Sequence record: NZ_CP010801.1
Reading direction: 5' to 3' (one strand)
Length of the DNA: 64,000 bases
From: a plasmid
Positions 47,732 to 59,000 of the stretch are shown one piece after another. The position numbers and the translations under genes are program-made. Under the pieces are notes generated by a model that was not told the origin of the DNA, made no database searches, and was given only the letters and a program-made list of their open reading frames with translations. Every line of letters starts with the position of its first letter. Positions within the stretch are counted from its first letter, which is position 1.

Positions 47732-48295
47732 TCAGTAGGGTGCGCCGCCGCTGCCCGTCATTTTGGCGGCCTCAGGGAACGTGGTTACGTATCCCGGCTG
47801 GCCAGGAAGCGGCAGAGCAGCTGGTGCCTCAGGCTGTGCAACGCGCGACGTGACCGGATAGTTGAGCGCAGCAGGACTGGGCGCCTGTGAAACGCTATTT
47901 ACTGGGGCCGGTGCTTGATCAGGAGCCTCATGGTCCATCAAATTCTGCACGGCAATGATCGACGCGCGTTTGACCAACACCGCGCGATCACGGTTTGGGC
48001 CCAGGGAGACACCTGAGTATCGCGTGGTGACAGGTCTAGTCGCGTCAGAGTTCTTCATCACTGGCGACACGTATGCGATTGCTGTCGTGACGGCCTGTTC
48101 TGGGAATGAAAACTGGTTGTTGAAGACCACAATCTCGTATTTGCCGTGCGGATACCTGTGGCAAAACTCCTCCGTCACGACTTCCCTAAACCATGATGAA
48201 TCGCCCTCGCCATAGACTTGGACCATATACCGACATGCCTGTGCCGAGATGGGCGCGAGGAGCGCCAGAGCCAACGGTGCCAATTTTTTGAGCAT
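47732..48295 (-). CDS. secreted hypothetical protein with signal peptide
   Basis: MLKKLAPLALALLAPISAQA. Confidence 0.5.
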   Translation of the reverse strand: MLKKLAPLALALLAPISAQACRYMVQVYGEGDSSWFREVVTEEFCHRYPHGKYEIVVFNNQFSFPEQAVTTAIAYVSPVMKNSDATRPVTTRYSGVSLGPNRDRAVLVKRASIIAVQNLMDHEAPDQAPAPVNSVSQAPSPAALNYPVTSRVAQPEAPAALPLPGQPGYVTTFPEAAKMTGSGGAPY

Positions 48296-48412
48296 TGAAT
48301 TTTCCTGTTTCGATCGTTGATGGAGACTAACGCTCCAATGGCGACAACCTGGCGGCTAAAGCGCCGAGCACGAATCCACTGACTGCTATCGTAAAGTTGT
48401 CAACGCTTCATT

Positions 48413-49141
48413 GTGTCGTACAATTACGCGCAACGACAACCATTCATTGTTACGATGCCAGCAATTGCCCTGAGCGCCTGCATACTCGCCGCCTCCAGTA
48501 ATTACGGCATCCCTGTGGCAACTATTGAGCATGTTATTGACTCGGGCACCAAACAGCCCGGCGCGATCGGCCCGATGGGCATCCCTCAGGGGTGGTTGCC
48601 CTACCTTTCGCGCTATGGATTTGATGAGCAGAAAGTCAGGACAGACGACTGCTCAGGCGTTGTCGCAGGGACATGGATCCTCGCTTACACCCAGCGAATG
48701 CAGACGGTCATTGGCAAGACGGAGACCGACAAGAAAATCCTCCAACTGGCTCAGCCGTGGATGCCGGCGATCAACTGGATTTCAGCGAAGGCGCAAATCG
48801 ATCCCCGCCTGGTCGTCGCAGTCATCTACCAGGAGAGCAAGTTCCAGCCTGCGGCTGTTTCAGGTGCTAACGCCATCGGCCTGATGCAACTCATGCCTGC
48901 AACGGCGCGCAGTCTGGGCGTCAACCCGCGAGACCCTGCGCAGAACCTGTGGGGCGGAATCTGGTATCTGGCCAACCTCATGCGGGCCTATCACGGCAAT
49001 GTCGGTCTGGCTTTGGCCGCCTACAACGCCGGTCCTGGCGCGGTGTCGCGCTATGGCGGCATTCCTCCCTACCGCGAGACACAGGACTATGTGCCGCAGG
49101 TGCTTCACTGGTACAGGTCTGTTTCTTACGCAAAAAACTAA
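48413..49141 (+). CDS. lytic transglycosylase (SLT domain), VirB1-like
   Basis: ES...GLMQL...AYNAG motifs: IYQESKF, AIGLMQLMPATA, AAYNAGPGAV. Confidence 0.75.
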   Translation: MSYNYAQRQPFIVTMPAIALSACILAASSNYGIPVATIEHVIDSGTKQPGAIGPMGIPQGWLPYLSRYGFDEQKVRTDDCSGVVAGTWILAYTQRMQTVIGKTETDKKILQLAQPWMPAINWISAKAQIDPRLVVAVIYQESKFQPAAVSGANAIGLMQLMPATARSLGVNPRDPAQNLWGGIWYLANLMRAYHGNVGLALAAYNAGPGAVSRYGGIPPYRETQDYVPQVLHWYRSVSYAKN

Positions 49142-49280
49142 TATGTTGCGCAACTTGATATGTGCTGATACAGTACATATCTGTAACACCTGCACTTACC
49201 CTCATTGACCCAAACAGATGGGTTACCCCGAATTTCGGGGCCTTTTTCAAGGACCTTCCCCAGAGGATCCTTGCAAAAGG

Positions 49281-49340
49281 TCGGTTCGATTCCGGCTCGT
49301 TGGTCGAGGTCTGGTGAGAAGGGAGCTCGGTTCGATTCCG
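49281..49340 (+). repeat. two tRNA 3'-end (T-arm)-like fragments, TCGGTTCGATTCCGG at 49281 and 49326; candidate att remnants
   Basis: GGTTCGATTCC T-loop consensus present twice 45 nt apart. No full cloverleaf upstream of either. Confidence 0.35.
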
Positions 49341-49572
49341 GGTGATTGGGGGAAGCGGTCAATAAACCGCGTCCAAACTCAAGGTGAGCATTGACCCCGG
49401 CGGCCCGCCGGTCAAACGCGCAGCAGGAATGCAGCCGAGGGGCACAAACACATGATTTGCATTGCTCGCGTCAGCGACACGAGAGACCCCCTGGAACTCC
49501 CCCCGGCGCACCCAGCGCCCTGTTCCGGTTAAGCGCGCGCTTTGGACAGGGCGCGCGCCTCTTTTTCCCCAA

Positions 49573-50052
49573 ATGAACATTCCAGTCTCTGCCGTGCGGG
49601 ATCTCTTGCGCCAGTCCGGCCGGACTCTGCGCTTGCCGGCGTCGGCGGCGATCAGGCTTGGTCTGGATGTGCCCAAGCAGCCGCGCCGTGCGGGTTCGGA
49701 CCCATTCGATCCGCAGTCACGTCTGGCCGATGCCCTACGGGCGCGACTTGGCAACGAGGCCGTGCAAACCGAGGTGTCAGGACTGATCGCAGGGCGGCGA
49801 TACCGGGCGGACATCGTTATCGCATCTGCCAATCTGGTCATTGAATTCGACGGCTTCCAATATCACCGCAGCAAGCAGGCCTTCCAGAAAGACCGTGAGC
49901 GCCAGAACGCGTTTGTGGCCAACGGCTGGCGGGTGCTGCGGTTTTTCCATGCGCAGGTGCGCAATGACCTCGAAGGGGTGGTCGCACAGGTGCTGTCGAT
50001 TTGTGGGCGCTCGGCAGCGGAGCCCGCAATCGCGTCTGGATCCGCTGCCTGA
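49573..50052 (+). CDS. DUF559 (Vsr/endonuclease-like fold) protein
   Basis: C-terminal IEFDGFQYH...NGWRVLRF signature. Confidence 0.6.
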   Translation: MNIPVSAVRDLLRQSGRTLRLPASAAIRLGLDVPKQPRRAGSDPFDPQSRLADALRARLGNEAVQTEVSGLIAGRRYRADIVIASANLVIEFDGFQYHRSKQAFQKDRERQNAFVANGWRVLRFFHAQVRNDLEGVVAQVLSICGRSAAEPAIASGSAA

Positions 50053-50069
50053 TTCTCCGGGAAATCTGC

Positions 50070-50369
50070 ATGACTACCAAAGCTGAGCTCGTTATCGAAA
50101 TCGCAGCCCACAGCGGCGAAAGCAAGGCGACCGTTGAGCGAGTGCTCGCGTCTTTCGTTGATGCCGTAACCAAATCCGTCGCGCGCGGTGATGAGGCGGG
50201 GCTGCCTGGCTTGGGCGCGTTCTCACGCTCTCTGCGTGACGGACGCACTGGCCGAAATCCGCGTACCGGCGAGCAGGTTGAAATCGCGCCGCGCTGGACG
50301 CCGCGCTTCCGCGCAGCCAAGGCCCTGCGTGATGCCATGCCGGCACCCACCAAGGCGAAGTCCAAGTAA
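50070..50369 (+). CDS. HU/IHF-family DNA-binding protein
   Basis: MTTKAELVIEIA...GLGAF...RNPRTGEQVEI...RFRAAKAL. Confidence 0.8.
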   Translation: MTTKAELVIEIAAHSGESKATVERVLASFVDAVTKSVARGDEAGLPGLGAFSRSLRDGRTGRNPRTGEQVEIAPRWTPRFRAAKALRDAMPAPTKAKSK

Positions 50370-50653
50370 ACCATTCAAGGGAGCCCGCCTGGGTTGCCAG
50401 GCGGTCGACACGACATGATCGCCAACCTCTCTCAGTCATCCAGCAAGGAATCCGCCATGGAAGAGCCTTCCACACAAACCTCCTCGTCGCCCATGCCAGA
50501 CGCGGAGCGAGCGCCCGAACTCGCAGGCTCCCCGGCTCAGTCCGCTGATGATTGGGAGAGCACGGCGAAATGGGCGACAACCACGCTCAAGACCATGCGT
50601 GAGCAGATTGAGGCCGATCTTCGCGCACTGGCAAGCCCTACGAGGGGTAGTCG

Positions 50654-50764
50654 TCCTTTCCGTGCAAAATCTGGCGGTTTAGGTGGGATTTCCCTTTCAG
50701 ATCAACGGCTTGGGAATTCAGCATTTTCCTGGGCGCTGTCCTTTTCGTGCGAAATCTGGCGGTT
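50654..50764. repeat. two 27-bp direct repeats TCCTTT(C/T)CGTGC(A/G)AAATCTGGCGGTTT 84 bp apart
   Basis: Seen directly in sequence. Confidence 0.6.
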
Positions 50765-50889
50765 TCCCTGCGTCGTGGCGACACGGCTCGGCGCTGCAGG
50801 TGCCATATTCACTGCGCAGTAAATAAGCCGGTTTCAGCGAAAGTTGGGCCACCGTCTCACTTCGGAGCGCCGGGCGGAGGCGGACATCA

Positions 50890-51882
50890 TCAGTTTGCCG
50901 CATCGGCCAGGCCGAGCCTCGCCCGATATTCAGTCAACAACACCTGCTGGGCTTCGAGTCGGGCGTTGCCCTTGGCCAACTCGCCGGCCAGGCGTTCGCG
51001 TTCGGCGCGTTCGGTGGCTAGTTCATCCGCCTGCTGTTGCGCCGCAGATCGCAGCGCATCTCGTTCCGCTTCGGTGCGCGCTTGATCGACGCGCGCTTGG
51101 TTCAGGTTGACGCGAGCCTGTTCTGCCTGCGTTTCCAATTCTCGGATGCGTTTGCCCGAGGCGGCAAGTTCCGCGACCAGCCGAGCGCTGTCCTTGTTCA
51201 GTTGCGTGATCTCCCCCTGCTTGATGATCAGCGTCTGATTGGCCTGTCGGGCTTCCGCCTGCAGTTGCTGGACCTGCTGCTCATGCCGGCGCGCATCCTG
51301 ATCGCGCTGTTCCCTGCTGGCATTGCGGAAGTGCTCCAGTGATTGATGAGCGTGCTGTAGCTTGTCCTCCAGCGAGCGCCGAAAACTTTCATGTTCTGCC
51401 AACCGGGTGCCGAGGTCCTGGACCTGCTGTGCCGAGCGTTCAGCCTCAATCGCGCGCTGCTGCAGCGCTGTCTGCGTGTCAGCGTGCGCGGCCCGCACGC
51501 TGGCGAGTGTGCTCTGCGCCTGTTCCAGTTCGGCGCGAAGTGCGACCACATCCGTGGCCAGCTTGTCGACTTCGGCACGAACGAGCTGGCGCTGGGCCGT
51601 GGCGGCCGCCGCCTGCTGATCGACCACCGCCTGCGCTTCTTCATGCAACCGCGCCGCCAATCTGCCCACCAGATCCAGGATGGCGTCGGAGGTCGAGCCA
51701 GCGCGGTTCAGCGCCGCGCCTTCCTCTTCTTCCAGCTCCTTGAGATAGCGATGGATCGTCGTTTTCGAGCCGGTGTTGCCCAGCGCGATACGTATTGCAT
51801 CGATGGACGGGTGGTGTCCCTGCGCCAGAAGTGAATCGCGGGCGCGTTTAACATCGAGGCGACTCAGTCCGGCCCGGGCCAT
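50890..51882 (-). CDS. kfrA: KfrA-like coiled-coil DNA-binding protein
   Basis: N-terminal MARAGLSRLDVKRARDSLLAQGHHPSIDAIRIALGNTGSKTTIHRYLKEL (KfrA_N) then a long Ala/Gln/Glu/Arg coiled coil. AGGAGCA RBS. Confidence 0.7.
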   Translation of the reverse strand: MARAGLSRLDVKRARDSLLAQGHHPSIDAIRIALGNTGSKTTIHRYLKELEEEEGAALNRAGSTSDAILDLVGRLAARLHEEAQAVVDQQAAAATAQRQLVRAEVDKLATDVVALRAELEQAQSTLASVRAAHADTQTALQQRAIEAERSAQQVQDLGTRLAEHESFRRSLEDKLQHAHQSLEHFRNASREQRDQDARRHEQQVQQLQAEARQANQTLIIKQGEITQLNKDSARLVAELAASGKRIRELETQAEQARVNLNQARVDQARTEAERDALRSAAQQQADELATERAERERLAGELAKGNARLEAQQVLLTEYRARLGLADAAN

Positions 51883-51906
51883 GGTGCTCCTACAATTTGA
51901 TACCGT

Positions 51907-51998
51907 ATTACGTACTATGTATATACGTACCAAATTGCGGCGTCAACGTGGATCGCTGGTTCTTGAATCTAATACGTGATAATGGCGGATTATCACGT
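51907..51998. promoter_or_regulatory. two palindromic operator-like sites in the kfrA promoter region
   Basis: TTACGTACTATGTATATACGTAC and perfect 10-bp inverted repeat ACGTGATAAT-GGCGG-ATTATCACGT. Confidence 0.45.
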
Positions 51999-52199
51999 GT
52001 GAGAGGTGTCATGGCGCCCTGGTGGTCCCCAATCCGGTACGAAACGCGCCGGATGTAGTGATGAAGGCCGCGTATTCTCGGTGCTGCCCAATTGCGGGAC
52101 GGGGCAGTTGGCCTACCGCGATTGCCGGTGCCTTCTGAAGCCACCCGGGGGTATTTGCATGCGCGAGCCGTATACAGGGCAACCACCAAGGAGATCAGC

Positions 52200-52488
52200 A
52201 ATGGCCGACCTCGACCAATGGCTCGCCGACGCAGCCAGGATCACCCATGAAGCACCGTCTGCGGTAAGTACCGCGCGCATCCAGCAACGGCTCGCAGCCG
52301 AGCCCGCGCCCGACGTGCTGGTCGCCCGCTATGATGCGCGGCGTGCCATGCTGTGCGCCGCCATCGCTGCGCTGGTGGCCTTCACGGTGATCGACCGCGT
52401 GGCGACCGCCGTCTTGAACAAGCCGGGCCCAACCTGGGTTGCCACACCGTCTGCCGCTTCTCCGTTTGGCCTGCTGATCGGTGAATGA
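52200..52488 (+). CDS. cnrY: CnrY/NccY-like membrane anti-sigma factor
   Basis: 95 aa with a C-terminal TM segment. Gene order YXH-CBA. Confidence 0.6.
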
Positions 52489-52931
52489 TGACGCCACGCA
52501 CCCGACGTCTTTCCCTCTCAACGCTAGCCGGCGCTCTGGTGGGGGTGGCCATTGCCGGCGCCGTCGTCTTCCTGTCGCACCCATCGCAGGAGCACCGGAC
52601 CGACCTGCACGAGATGCTCCACGAGGCGGTGCCGCTGGACGCCAACGAGCGTGAAATTCTCGACATGAAGGAACAGGCCTTCGCCCAACGCCGCCGGGAG
52701 ATCGAAACCCGGCTGCGCACGGCCAACGGTCAACTCGCTGACGCGATTGCCAAGAATCCCACGTGGTCGCCAGAGGTCGAGGCGGCCACCCAGGAAGTGG
52801 AACGCGCGGCTGCCGATTTGCAGCGGGCCACGCTGGTCCACGTTTTCGAGATGCGCGCGGGCCTGAAGCCCGAGCACCGGCCTGCTTATGACCGCGTGCT
52901 GGTTGATGCGCTTCGCCGTGGTTCGCAGTGA
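52485..52931 (+). CDS. cnrX: CnrX/NccX-like periplasmic metal sensor
   Basis: 148 aa, one TM segment plus His-containing helical domain ([16 protein letters not shown]). Confidence 0.7.
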   Translation: MMTPRTRRLSLSTLAGALVGVAIAGAVVFLSHPSQEHRTDLHEMLHEAVPLDANEREILDMKEQAFAQRRREIETRLRTANGQLADAIAKNPTWSPEVEAATQEVERAAADLQRATLVHVFEMRAGLKPEHRPAYDRVLVDALRRGSQ

Positions 52932-53500
52932 CCAGTACGGAAGCGGACGGCGTGCTCGCCCGGCGCGCCGCTCGGGGAGATCACCATGCGTTTGGCATCC
53001 TGGTGCGGCGGCATAGCCCCGCCCTGGCGCAGGCTGGCCGCAGCTTTGGCATTCCGGAAACCGATATCGACGATGTCGTGCAGGACACCTTTGTTGCAGC
53101 TTGGCGCGCGCTGGGGGACTACGACGAGGCTCGACCGTTCCGTGCCTGGCTGTTCCACATCGGGCTCAACAAGATGCGTGACCTGCGCCGTTTCCGGCGC
53201 GTGCGGCACTTCCTGTTCGGCGCGGAGGATCTGACGGACCCCGAACGCCCTGCCTTGGCCGATCCAGACCCGGGCCCGGAGCGCCGTGCTTCTGCCCGGC
53301 GCGAATTGGCACGCGTCGTGGCTGTCCTGGACGGGCTCGATGCGAACTCGCGGGAAGCCATTGTTTTGACCGCCATCGTCGGCATGTCGCAGCCGGAGGC
53401 GGCTGCCGCACTTGGCATGACGCCGAAGGCCATTGAGGGGCGCATTGGCCGCGCCCGTGCCAAGCTGGCTGCCTTGATCGACGCCCGCAGCACCGAATAA
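52928..53500 (+). CDS. cnrH: ECF sigma factor (CnrH/NccH-like)
   Basis: Region 2 [14 protein letters not shown]...[12 protein letters not shown]. Region 4 [39 protein letters not shown]. Confidence 0.8.
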   Translation: MTSTEADGVLARRAARGDHHAFGILVRRHSPALAQAGRSFGIPETDIDDVVQDTFVAAWRALGDYDEARPFRAWLFHIGLNKMRDLRRFRRVRHFLFGAEDLTDPERPALADPDPGPERRASARRELARVVAVLDGLDANSREAIVLTAIVGMSQPEAAAALGMTPKAIEGRIGRARAKLAALIDARSTE

Positions 53501-53590
53501 TTTCGACGGGCGCGAGGGGGTGCCGCGCTGGGCGCCGTATTGACCAATCTGTGCCGTCTTCGGCTTCTGCTTCCCTCAAGAAATCCGGCG

Positions 53591-54838
53591 ATGACCCGCG
53601 TGTCCTCTTTCCATACCCTCAGCGTGCTTGCCGCATCGCTGGCCTTGTCCGCCGCATCTGGTTGGGCGGCCGAGGCACCGCCCTTTACAGAATTGCTGCA
53701 GCAGTCGCTCGCCCACGCGCCCGCGATGCGCGTGCAGGCCGCCAACGTCTTGGCCGCTGGCGCCGATGCCGCCCAGGCGCGCGCGTGGCCCAACCCTCGT
53801 GCGGAGTCGGTGTTCGAGAATCTGGGGGCTCCGCAGAGCGATGGCGTGAGCCAGCGCCAGAACACCTTTTCCATCACACAGCCGATTGAGATCGGCGGCA
53901 AGCGTGGCGCACGCATCGAAGCCGGGCAGCGCGGCTTCGCCGCCGCACAAGCGCGCGAGCATCAAACGCAGATCGCGTACGCGGCTGAATTGGCGACCGC
54001 CTATGCGACGGCAGAGGCCATGCTGGCGCGAAAGTCCTTGGCTGCGGAAGACCTCGGGCGCGCGCGCGAGGAGCTTCGCGTGGCCCGCGCGCTAGTCCAA
54101 TCCGGCAAGGAAGCTGCGTTGCGCGTGTCCCAGGCGCAAGCCAGCGTCGCCGCCGCCACTGCGGCTGAACATGCGGCTGGCGCGGACGCGACGCAAGCGC
54201 TGGAGCAGTTGGCTGCCTTGGCCGGCTCTGACGAGCCCTACACCCGTCTGGCTGGCTCGCTTCTGTCCACATCGGCGGCACCTCCCGCCTCGTCGGGCGC
54301 GGCGGACGAAGCCCCCGCTGTCGTCACGGCGCAAGCCGAGCGAGACGTGATAAGCGCCCAGGTCGAGGTCGAGCGCAAGAAGTGGGTTCCCGAGGTTGGC
54401 GTCAGCGCAGGCGTGCGCCGCTACGGCTGGACGAATGCCAGTGGCTACGTCGTGGGCCTGTCGGCCACGATTCCACTGTTTGACCAGAACACGCACGCGG
54501 TGACCGCTGCGGTCGAGCGTGCCGCCGCCGCAGAAGCCAGGCTGGACACCGTGCGCCTGGAAGCATCTGCGGCAAAACGATCCGCCCAGGCTCAGGCTGC
54601 GGCTTCGGAAAAACGCCTCGCCGCAGCGGCGGAAGGCGAACGCGCAGCCGCCGAAGCCTATCGCCTGGGCCGTCTCGGCTACGACGCCGGCAAGACCCCG
54701 TTGATTGAACTGCTCGCCGTCCGGCGCGCGTTGTTTGAAGCAAGGCAACTCACGATTGACGCGCGCCTCGCGCGCGTACGCGCGTTGGCCGCACTGGCAC
54801 AGGCTGACGGCCGCCTGGCTTTTGAGGAAGCTCGATGA
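53591..54838 (+). CDS. cnrC: outer membrane efflux protein (CnrC/CzcC family)
   Basis: Signal peptide, two OEP repeats. Confidence 0.8.
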   Translation: MTRVSSFHTLSVLAASLALSAASGWAAEAPPFTELLQQSLAHAPAMRVQAANVLAAGADAAQARAWPNPRAESVFENLGAPQSDGVSQRQNTFSITQPIEIGGKRGARIEAGQRGFAAAQAREHQTQIAYAAELATAYATAEAMLARKSLAAEDLGRAREELRVARALVQSGKEAALRVSQAQASVAAATAAEHAAGADATQALEQLAALAGSDEPYTRLAGSLLSTSAAPPASSGAADEAPAVVTAQAERDVISAQVEVERKKWVPEVGVSAGVRRYGWTNASGYVVGLSATIPLFDQNTHAVTAAVERAAAAEARLDTVRLEASAAKRSAQAQAAASEKRLAAAAEGERAAAEAYRLGRLGYDAGKTPLIELLAVRRALFEARQLTIDARLARVRALAALAQADGRLAFEEAR

Positions 54839-56007
54839 TGAAAGACAACCTCCGCTCGGCCAACTGGCCGCTGATCGCCGGGATTGCCGGGGTGGCCGCC
54901 CTGGTGGGGTTCGGTGTGGCGCGCGGGCTTGTGCCCAGTCATTCTGCGGCGCCAGCGGCCAAGACAGCCGCCGCGCCCGAAAAAGCCGCCCCCACTGAGG
55001 TCAAGGTTCCCCTCGAATACCTGGCCACCGCCAACATCGCGGTCGAGCCGGTGGCCACGGCTGGCGTGGGCGCGGAGATCCTTGCGCCCGCCACGGTGGT
55101 CGCCGCGCCGGGCAGCGAGGCCGTGATCATTGCCCGCGCGTCGGGTGCTGTCCAGCGGATCAACCGCCGGCTTGGTGAGGTCGTGCGTGCGGGCGACGTG
55201 CTGGCCCTGGTGGACAGCCCGGAGGCGGCCGCGATGGCTGCAGAGCGCCGGGTGGCCGCCGCCAGGGCCGATTTGGCGCGCAAGACCTACGCACGAGAAG
55301 CCGCACTGTACGAGCAAGGCGTCACGCCGCGTCAGGAGATGGAAGCGGCCAAGGCCGCGCTCGAAGTCGCCAATGCCGAGGCGCAGCGCGCAGCGACCGT
55401 GGCGCAATCCGCGCATCTTGCCAGCGACGGTCGCTCGGTCGCGGTGACCAGCCCCATTGCCGGCAGGGTGACGGCGCAATCCGTCACGCTGGGCGCCTTC
55501 GTGCAGCCTCAGGCCGAACTGTTCCGGGTCGCAGGCAGCGGCACGGCACAGGTGGAGGCTTCGGTCACGGCCGCTGATACCGCCCGCGTGGCGGCCGGCG
55601 ACACTGCGGTGATCTTGCTGGGCAGCGGCTCGCCCGTGCCCGCCGTGGTGCACTCGGTGACGCCGACGGTGAACAGCAGCGCCCGCACCGCGACTGTGGT
55701 CCTGACGCCCACGCAAGCGCTGGACAAGCTGGTGATCGGCGAAGGCGTGCAGGTGCGCCTGCAAACGCGCACGAGCGGCCCCGCTGCCCTGTCGGTGCCG
55801 GAGGATGCCGTGCAGAACCTGGACGGGCGCGACGTGTTGTTCGTTCGCACGCCGCAGGGGTTCCGGCCCCAGCCAGTGCTGGTGGGCATCCGCAGTGGCG
55901 GGTCCGCCCAGATTCTCTCGGGTGCGCGCGCCGGTGAACAGGTGGCGACGCGCAACGCCTTCCTGCTCAAGGCCGAGATGAACAAAGGCGCCGGGGACGA
56001 CGAATGA
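54835..56007 (+). CDS. cnrB: membrane fusion protein (CnrB/CzcB, HlyD family)
   Basis: 390 aa, N-terminal TM segment and biotinyl-lipoyl-like hairpin domains. Confidence 0.8.
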   Translation: MMKDNLRSANWPLIAGIAGVAALVGFGVARGLVPSHSAAPAAKTAAAPEKAAPTEVKVPLEYLATANIAVEPVATAGVGAEILAPATVVAAPGSEAVIIARASGAVQRINRRLGEVVRAGDVLALVDSPEAAAMAAERRVAAARADLARKTYAREAALYEQGVTPRQEMEAAKAALEVANAEAQRAATVAQSAHLASDGRSVAVTSPIAGRVTAQSVTLGAFVQPQAELFRVAGSGTAQVEASVTAADTARVAAGDTAVILLGSGSPVPAVVHSVTPTVNSSARTATVVLTPTQALDKLVIGEGVQVRLQTRTSGPAALSVPEDAVQNLDGRDVLFVRTPQGFRPQPVLVGIRSGGSAQILSGARAGEQVATRNAFLLKAEMNKGAGDDE

Positions 56008-59000
56008 TCGGCAGCATTCTGAACGGCGCGGTCCGGCTGCGCTGGCTCGTGTTGTTCCTGACGGCGGTGGTGGCGACAGTCGGCGCCTGGCAGCTCAACC
56101 TGCTGCCGATCGACGTCACGCCCGACATCACCAACAAGCAGGTCCAGATCAATACCGTGGTGCCGACGCTCAGCCCGGTGGAGGTTGAGAAACGTGTGAC
56201 CTATCCGATCGAGACCGCGTTGTCCGGCTTGAACGGTGTGGAGAGCACGCGTTCGTTCTCGCGCAACGGCTTCAGCCAGGTCACGGTGATCTTCAAGGAG
56301 AGTGCCAACCTCTACTTCATGCGCCAGCAGGTGTCGGAGCGGCTGGCGCAGGCGCGCCCGAGCCTGCCCGAAGGGGCCGAGCCGCAAATGGGACCGGTAT
56401 CGACCGGCCTGGGTGAGGTGTTCCACTACAGCGTGGAATATGCCCACCCTGATGGCAAAGGCGCAACGATCAAGGATGGGCTGCCCGGCTGGCAGAGCGA
56501 CGGCAGCTTTCTGACGGACCGGGGAGAACGGCTGACCGATCAGGTCTCCAAGCTCGCCTATCTGCGCACGGTGCAGGACTGGATCGTCCGGCCGCAACTG
56601 CGCACCACGCCCGGTGTGGCCGACGTGGATTCCCTGGGCGGCTACGTCAAGCAGTATGTGGTCGAGCCCGACGCGGCCAAGCTGGCGGCCTACGGCATCT
56701 CGTATGCTGAACTGGCGCGGGGGCTGGAAGACGCCAACCTCTCGGTCGGCGCCAACTACATCCGGCGCTCGGGCGAGTCGTATCTCGTGCGCGCGGACGC
56801 CCGCATCCGCTCGGTGGACGAGATTTCACGCGCGGTCATTGCGCAACGGCAGAACGTGCCGATCACGGTCGGCCAGGTTGCTGTCGTCAAGGTCGGGGGC
56901 GAACTGCGCTCCGGGGCAGCCAGCCGCAACGGCTATGAAACTGTGGTCGGCAGTGCGTTGATGCTGGTGGGCGCCAACAGCCGCACGGTGGCGCAAGCGG
57001 TGGGCGACAAGCTCAAGCAGATCGAAAAGACGATGCCGCCGGGCGTGGTGATCGTGCCGACGCTGGACCGCTCGCAACTGGTTGTGGCCACCATCGAAAC
57101 CGTGGCGAAAAATCTGACCGAAGGCGCGTTGCTGGTGGTGGTGATCCTGTTCCTGCTGCTGGGCAACGTGCGGGCGGCGACCATCGCGGCGCTGGTCATT
57201 CCGCTGTCGCTGCTGATCAGCGCAATCGGTATGAACGCGCTGGGCATTTCCGGCAACCTGATGAGCCTGGGCGCACTGGACTTTGGCCTCATCATCGACG
57301 GTGCCGTCATCATCGTCGAGAACACACTGCGCCGGCTGGCCGAACGCCAGCACCGGGAGGGCCGCCTGCTGACGCTGCGCGAACGGCTGGACGAAGTGGT
57401 GCTGTCGTCGCGCGAGATGGTCCGCCCCACGGTCTATGGCCAGCTCGTCATCTTCCTGGTTTTCCTGCCGTGCCTGACCTTCCAGGGCGTCGAGGGCAAG
57501 ATGTTCTCGCCGATGGTCATCACACTGATGCTGGCGCTGGCGTCAGCCTTCGTGCTGTCGCTGACCTTCGTGCCGGCCATGATCGCGGTGCTGATGCGCA
57601 AACAGGTCGCAGAGAAGGAAGTGCGGGTGATCGCGGCCACCAAGCAGCGGTATCGCCCGTGGCTGCAAGCAGCGGTAAGGCGTCCGCTGCCTTTTCTTGG
57701 GGCGGGTGCGCTTACGCTCGCGCTGGCCGCCGTGGCCTTTGCCTTCGTCGGCCGCGAGTTCATGCCGACGTTGGACGAACAGAACCTGAACCTCTCGTCC
57801 GTGCGCATTCCGTCGACGTCGATCGACCAGTCGGTGGCCATCGACTTGCCGCTGGAGCGGGCGGTGATGACGCTGCCGGAAGTGAAGACGGTCTACTCGA
57901 AGGCCGGTACCGCCAGCCTGGCGGCAGACCCGATGCCGCCCAACGCGTCCGACAACTACATCATCCTGAAGCCTAAGGACGAATGGCCGGCGGGGGTGAC
58001 CACCAAGGAACAGGTGATCGAGCGCATCCGCCAGAAGACCGCCGCGATGGTCGGCAACAACTACGACGTGACACAGCCGATCGAGATGCGCTTCAACGAG
58101 CTGATCGGTGGCGTGCGCAGCGACGTGGCTGTGAAGATCTACGGTGAGGATCTGGATGAGCTCGCGGCCACGGCCCAGCGCGTTGCGGCGGTGCTGCGCA
58201 AGACGCCGGGTGCGGCCGACGTACGTGTGCCGCTTACCGGCGGCTTCCCGACCTTCGACATCGTGTTCGACCGGGCCGCGATTGCCCGCTACGGCCTGAC
58301 CGTCAAGGAAGTGGCCGACACGCTGTCGACCGCACTGGCCGGCAAGGCGGCCGGTCAGGTGTTCGATGGCGACCGGCGCTTCGATATCGTGGTCCGCTTG
58401 GCCCGCGAGCAACGCGACAACCTCGATGTGCTTGGCGCGCTGCCGGTCATGCTGCCACAGGCTGATGGCCAACCACGCGCATCGGTACCGCTGCGTCAGT
58501 TGGTGCAATTCCGCTTCACCCAAGGTCTGAACGAAGTGAGCCGCGACAACGGCAAGCGGCGCATCTACGTGGAGGCCAACGTGGGCGAGCGCGACCTGGG
58601 CAGCTTCGTCGACGATGCTGCCAAGCGCATCGCCAACGAGGTCAAGCTGCCGACCGGCTCGTGGATCGAATGGGGCGGGCAGTTCCAGAATCTCCAGGCG
58701 GCGACGAAGCGCCTGGCGATCATCGTGCCGGCGTGCTTCATCCTGATCGCGGCCACGCTCTATCTGGCGATCGGCAGCGCCATGCTGACGGCGACGGTAT
58801 TGACCGCCGTGCCGCTCGCGCTCGCCGGCGGCGTGTTTGCGCTGCTGCTGCGCGGCATGCCGTTCTCGATCTCCGCTGCCGTCGGGTTCATTGCCGTGTC
58901 GGGGGTGGCGGTGCTCAACGGGCTCGTGCTCATCTCGGCCATCCGCAAGCGCCTGAAAGATGGCATGGCGCCCGATGCGGCAGTCGTCGAAGGGGCCATG

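Noticed and set aside
49225-49345. Complete tRNA gene
   Set aside because: Only T-arm/3'-end-like segments are present. No acceptor-stem complement, D-arm or anticodon arm can be folded upstream.
50458-50822. Possible 122-aa protein (MEEPSTQ...) reading through the 27-bp direct repeats
   Set aside because: The C-terminal half is translation of the repeat region and looks unnatural. Any real ORF here is probably much shorter, so it was not called.
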